Shown here: piece after piece, positions 59,826-64,000 of the stretch | Layout: the number at the start of each line of letters is the position of its first letter | Position numbering within the stretch: the stretch's first letter is position 1 | Assembly (NCBI GenBank): GCA_965645245.1 | Contig: OZ287082.1 | Coordinates: forward strand, 744,001 to 808,000 | DNA from: Massalongia carnosa | Lineage: Eukaryota | Direction: 5' to 3' | DNA length: 64,000 bases | Position numbers and translations under genes: made by a program | Notes under the pieces: model-generated | Databases searched by the model: none | What the model was told of the DNA's origin: nothing | What the model saw: the letters and a program-made list of their open reading frames with translations, nothing else

Positions 59826-61418
59826 ATGAACTCCTTAGAATCATCCAGCAGAGATGTCGCTCCCTCGGGGCCGGCCTTCAACACTAGAGCTCGCTCCATG
59901 TCGCGACAATCGACACAGAGCATACCAGGCGAATATGAACCCGCCGACGAAGAGGTGGGAAATGACACTGTTTTGCCGACAAACAAAGACAAAGGCAGGG
60001 AACCGAAGATCGAGGCCCCGACCTCAGAACCGAAAATCGACATAAGCAATTATGCCATTTATCGAAGTCTGACGGAAAGCAATCCGTCGAAATCAGCTAT
60101 GATCATCAAGGTGACCAATCGAGAAGAGTTGAGAAGGGCCCTCGTCCTAAAGGGAGACGGCGACATATGGTACACTGTTCTAGCCGGCACGCTCCTACGA
60201 CATGAGGTCTTGATCGAGAAATATCAGGACTTGAAAAAAAGAAACAAAGATCTAAAAGGTCTACAGGCAGAATGGACCCGAATGATAAAGAGCTGGGATC
60301 ACGAGAGACTAGTATTTGAGGAGGATATCGCGGCTGAAATATTGGAGACTCAGAAGGTCAAAGCGGAAAACTCGGACCTCATTCGTGAAATATCAGAGAT
60401 GAAACGTCTAGCTCGCGAAGCTACTCAGACGTCGACCTCATCGACTGGTCAAACTGAAGATCAATCCGCCGTCGCTGCCCCCTTAAGCAATTATCGACCC
60501 AAAGGCACCAACCCGAAGGAGGCCCTCGACGGTTCCAACTCAGACGCCTATAGTGCATGGGCGTTTACGGTGGAAAGAAAAATCAGAACCGACTCCCCAA
60601 TGTACACTAGTGAGGAGTTGAAAATCGACAACGCCTTATCGCAGATGAAGGATCCCATTTTCGACGCCATACACACCTGGGTAGTGGATGCCGGTCCCAC
60701 TCTCTCTTTGAATACGTTCTTCAAGGAAATTGAGAGCTATCTCGGGATAGCATATTTGACAAAGGACGCGAAGAAGGAATTGAAAGAAATAAGCATGAAC
60801 AAAGATGAAACGGTGACTGAATACTATCATCGAATGTTCAAACTCTGGCAACGTGCAAAAATCCCCGCGGATGAGAGAATTGAGACGTTCAAGGACACCC
60901 TGCGGCCGAACATCGCGCTGTCTCTATTGGGACGGGACTTCATCAGTCTAGAAACCCTCTTGCATGAAGCCAGGAAAATCGAACAGGGAAGAAAGGAGAT
61001 GAATCAGAAGTACGCGAAGTCGGAATCTCAGAAGCCCGCGAAAACGACGACTTCTCCTTCTTCTTCCGTCGGTCGTGGTTTAAACAAAACCACGACCGCC
61101 ACCTCCAGTACCTCGATCACAGTCAAACCAAAAGCGACTACGACCAACTCCGCCATCTCCGCCAACCCGAACTCGAAATTCGGACAGGTCTCGACCAAAC
61201 CGGAAGGATGGGTAGGAGCTTGGTACGAGGGGACGCTTCACCCGCCCAAGTTGGAGGACGGGGAACGAGAGACTCTGTCACGACAGGGCCGATGTTGGTC
61301 GTGCAGAGGATCAGGGCATAGGGGCCGAGACCCCTGTTGCATTAGGCAAGCAGTGAATCTCAGTAGAGTCGCCATTCGAGAAGACTCATCCGAGTCCGAG
61401 GACTCGGAAAAAGAATGA
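59826..61418 (+). CDS. gag: Gypsy-3 Gag
   Basis: 530-aa ORF; ETVTEYY motif; CWSCRGSGHRGRDPCC knuckle. Confidence 0.9.
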   Translation: MNSLESSSRDVAPSGPAFNTRARSMSRQSTQSIPGEYEPADEEVGNDTVLPTNKDKGREPKIEAPTSEPKIDISNYAIYRSLTESNPSKSAMIIKVTNREELRRALVLKGDGDIWYTVLAGTLLRHEVLIEKYQDLKKRNKDLKGLQAEWTRMIKSWDHERLVFEEDIAAEILETQKVKAENSDLIREISEMKRLAREATQTSTSSTGQTEDQSAVAAPLSNYRPKGTNPKEALDGSNSDAYSAWAFTVERKIRTDSPMYTSEELKIDNALSQMKDPIFDAIHTWVVDAGPTLSLNTFFKEIESYLGIAYLTKDAKKELKEISMNKDETVTEYYHRMFKLWQRAKIPADERIETFKDTLRPNIALSLLGRDFISLETLLHEARKIEQGRKEMNQKYAKSESQKPAKTTTSPSSSVGRGLNKTTTATSSTSITVKPKATTTNSAISANPNSKFGQVSTKPEGWVGAWYEGTLHPPKLEDGERETLSRQGRCWSCRGSGHRGRDPCCIRQAVNLSRVAIREDSSESEDSEKE

Positions 61419-64000
61419 TTCCTGATGATAGTCGCCATCAGGAATGTCGAGAAGTTTCATTAAGGGTTGTTAGAGCATCTGTTCTTTCTGTCGATCATCT
61501 CGTTCCGGGCAAGCATCTTTTATTTAGATGTAGTATAGCCTCTAATGAAAATCAGTTGATGATCGATAACGGAAGTGAAGCTCAATTTCTTCATGAATCC
61601 TTTGCGCGCAAAAGAAAACTAGAGACCATTAGACTAAAAAAAAGAGACAGGGTCAGACTGGAACTTGGGGATGGAAAAGTCCATCAAATCATTGATAAGG
61701 CCGTTATCGTTCCCGTCAGAATCGGAGATCATGAGGAAAAGTTATTCTGCTATCTGGCCGACATAGGTAATCATACCTTGATCATCGGTGATGGATGGCT
61801 GCAGGAGCATAACCCTCACATTGATTGGGTTGAACGCACCATGACGTTCTCCAATCGGTGCGTCAGTAAGGGATGCGCACCTCGATCTCATTCAGTCTCA
61901 AAATTTAAATCCACAATCTTGGAGAAGGAAACGACTGCCTCAGCAAAGAACGAGGCCTTTGAAAATTTCGATATTCAGTCCCTCACCCCGAAGCGATTTA
62001 TGAAACTTCTTCGAAGATCGGGTCATCAGACTTACTGTTTCTATCCGAGGGAAAAGCTCAACAAGAAGTTAGATAGGTACGAGAAGAAGCTTCTGACTGC
62101 TTCAAGTATCAACGCAGTCACCAGCGACGATCATGAGAAGTTCATGAAAGACAAAGTCGAATATACTCTGGAAGAATTGAAAAAACGAGTACCCGAGGCC
62201 TATCATGGCGAGATTGAAGTCTTCATGAGGGCTAAGGCAGACGAGTTGGCACCTCATCGAAAAGAGGATCACGAAATCAATTTGATGCCCGGGATCGAGC
62301 CCCCGTTCATCAAGAATTATCGGCCCATGTCCGAACAGGAATTGAGAAAATATCTAGATGAGCACTTAGCAAAAGGGTTTATTCGTCCGAGCTCGTCAAA
62401 GGCGGCCGCGCCGGTACTATTGGTCAGGAAACCAGGCGGGGGTCTTCGCTTTTGCGTAGATTATCGAGATCTGAATAATATCACGGAGAAAAGTCGATAC
62501 CCCATTCCATTGATCAGCGAGACATTGGCGAAACTCGCCAAAGCAAAGTGGTTTACTAAATTGGACGTCATTCATGCATTCAATAGGATGAGGATTAAAG
62601 AGGGACAAGAGTGGCTCACGGCGTTCAATACTCGATACGGTCAATTTGAATATCTTGTGATGCCCTTCGGACTATGCAACGCTCCATCAACATTTCAGAG
62701 CTATATCAATAACTCCCTGCGAGAATACTTAGATTATTTCGTCACCGCCTATCTGGACGACGTACTGGTGTTCAGTGAAACAGAAACGGAGCACATCGAG
62801 CAGGTACTGAAGGTACTTCGTCGTCTGAAAGAAAGAGGACTTCAACTGGACATAGACAAGTGTGAATTCTCTGTCTCCGAAGTCAAGTACCTCGGAATGT
62901 TCGTGGGGGTGAATGGCGTTAGAATGGACCCAGAAAAGGTGACGGCCATACTAGAATGGAAGACGCCCGCGTCAGTAAAAGAGGTGCAGTCCTTTCTTGG
63001 ATTCGCTAACTTCTATCGTCGCTTCATTGAGCGATTCTCCGAAAAGGTGAAGTGTCTGACCGAGCTAACCCGCGGAGAGCAATATGTCACGAAAGGCGGA
63101 AAGAGACGCACCAAGTATCAAGACTTCGTGTGGACCACTGAATGTCAGCAAGCTTTCGAAGACATGAAGATTTCTTTTACCTCTGCGCCGATTCTTGCTC
63201 ATTACGACCCAAGGCTAGAGACCTGGGTGGAGACAGACGCATCTGACTTCGTAGTATCGGGGATACTCTCTCAGAAGCATGAAGGCGTTCTGAAACCCGT
63301 GGCTTATTTCTCGAAGAAGATGAGCCCCGCCGAATGCAATTATGAGATCTACGATAAAGAACTCCTAGCCATCGTAGAAAGTTTCGTCATCTGGAGACCG
63401 GAGCTAGCGGGAGTGGAGCAATCAACAAAGGTCTACTCAGATCATAAGAATCTGGAGACCTTCATGACTTTGAAACAACTAAATCGCCGTCAAGTGCGTT
63501 GGGCTGAGATGCTGGCGGAATATAATTTTCGCATTATGTATAGACCAGGCAAGCAAGGGGGCAAACCGGACGCCCTCACCAGAAGAGAGCAAGATCTGCC
63601 GATGGACGCGGAGGATGATCGCACCAGATATCAATATCAGGTGCTGCTAAAAGAAAATCAGCTGGACGATGAAGTGAAACAGGACCTGAAGCTGTACGTG
63701 ACAACCAGATCCATGGCCAATCGAGAACGGGTTGAAGACAACATTACTACTGACTCATCCGATCAAATCAGGGATGAGGAAGTAGAGGACTTGACGGTAG
63801 AGGAGTTCACAATCAATTCGAATGATGATTCGGATGCAGAAAAGCCTGATGAATTATTAGAAAATCTTTTAGCGGAGGCATATCAAGAAGACGCAATGAT
63901 TCAGGAAGTCATGAAGGCTAAGTTGGAAAATCTGAAGAAATTGCCAGATAAAATTCTAAGCAACGGGCTGAGACTGGCGATGGGTGACTTGGAAGTCCGT
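61415..64000 (+). CDS. pol: Gypsy-3 Pol (PR, RT, RNase H), apparently open to the window end in the -1 frame
   Basis: Manual translation MIDNGSE, WLQEHNPHIDW, LRFCVDYR, PFGL, YLDD, VETDASD. Its absence from the ORF track is consistent with no stop before the edge; not every codon was checked. Confidence 0.88.
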   Translation, partial: MIPDDSRHQECREVSLRVVRASVLSVDHLVPGKHLLFRCSIASNENQLMIDNGSEAQFLHESFARKRKLETIRLKKRDRVRLELGDGKVHQIIDKAVIVPVRIGDHEEKLFCYLADIGNHTLIIGDGWLQEHNPHIDWVERTMTFSNRCVSKGCAPRSHSVSKFKSTILEKETTASAKNEAFENFDIQSLTPKRFMKLLRRSGHQTYCFYPREKLNKKLDRYEKKLLTASSINAVTSDDHEKFMKDKVEYTLEELKKRVPEAYHGEIEVFMRAKADELAPHRKEDHEINLMPGIEPPFIKNYRPMSEQELRKYLDEHLAKGFIRPSSSKAAAPVLLVRKPGGGLRFCVDYRDLNNITEKSRYPIPLISETLAKLAKAKWFTKLDVIHAFNRMRIKEGQEWLTAFNTRYGQFEYLVMPFGLCNAPSTFQSYINNSLREYLDYFVTAYLDDVLVFSETETEHIEQVLKVLRRLKERGLQLDIDKCEFSVSEVKYLGMFVGVNGVRMDPEKVTAILEWKTPASVKEVQSFLGFANFYRRFIERFSEKVKCLTELTRGEQYVTKGGKRRTKYQDFVWTTECQQAFEDMKISFTSAPILAHYDPRLETWVETDASDFVVSGILSQKHEGVLKPVAYFSKKMSPAECNYEIYDKELLAIVESFVIWRPELAGVEQSTKVYSDHKNLETFMTLKQLNRRQVRWAEMLAEYNFRIMYRPGKQGGKPDALTRREQDLPMDAEDDRTRYQYQVLLKENQLDDEVKQDLKLYVTTRSMANRERVEDNITTDSSDQIRDEEVEDLTVEEFTINSNDDSDAEKPDELLENLLAEAYQEDAMIQEVMKAKLENLKKLPDKILSNGLRLAMGDLEVR

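Larger units (their letters stand above)
59608..64000 (+). mobile_element. Ty3/Gypsy element (Gypsy-3), 5' part; 5' LTR ~59608-59782
   Basis: LTR TGTCAGGG...CACA followed by a self-complementary PBS; gag then pol. Confidence 0.93.

Overview
This is a fungal (filamentous ascomycete-like) nested transposable-element landscape with no recognisable intact host gene; the fungal call rests on short GT..CTAAC..AG introns, GGTTATGAGCCC Copia primer sites and chromodomain Gypsy elements. It holds two Copia relics and three chromovirus-type Gypsy elements (two complete with 5-bp TSDs, one running off the right end). There are three Tad1-like LINEs, one apparently intact with a 12-bp TSD, and a pair of related Helitrons (an internally deleted RepHel copy and a minisatellite-filled non-autonomous copy). 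It also has an intron-containing pogo-like DNA transposon, a DIRS/Ngaro-type tyrosine-recombinase retrotransposon, two hAT-like MITEs, about ten solo LTRs and a long AT-rich relic. The most notable signals are: an in-frame UGA-CUA gag-pol junction and a repeat-expanded RNase H in the YR retrotransposon; a covarying RNA structure shared by the 3' UTRs of two divergent LINEs; self-priming and -1 frameshift signals in all three Gypsy families; CTCG-ended Helitrons; and a CpC/GpG-biased decay pattern unlike canonical CpA RIP. Coordinates were read by eye and may be off by a few bases.
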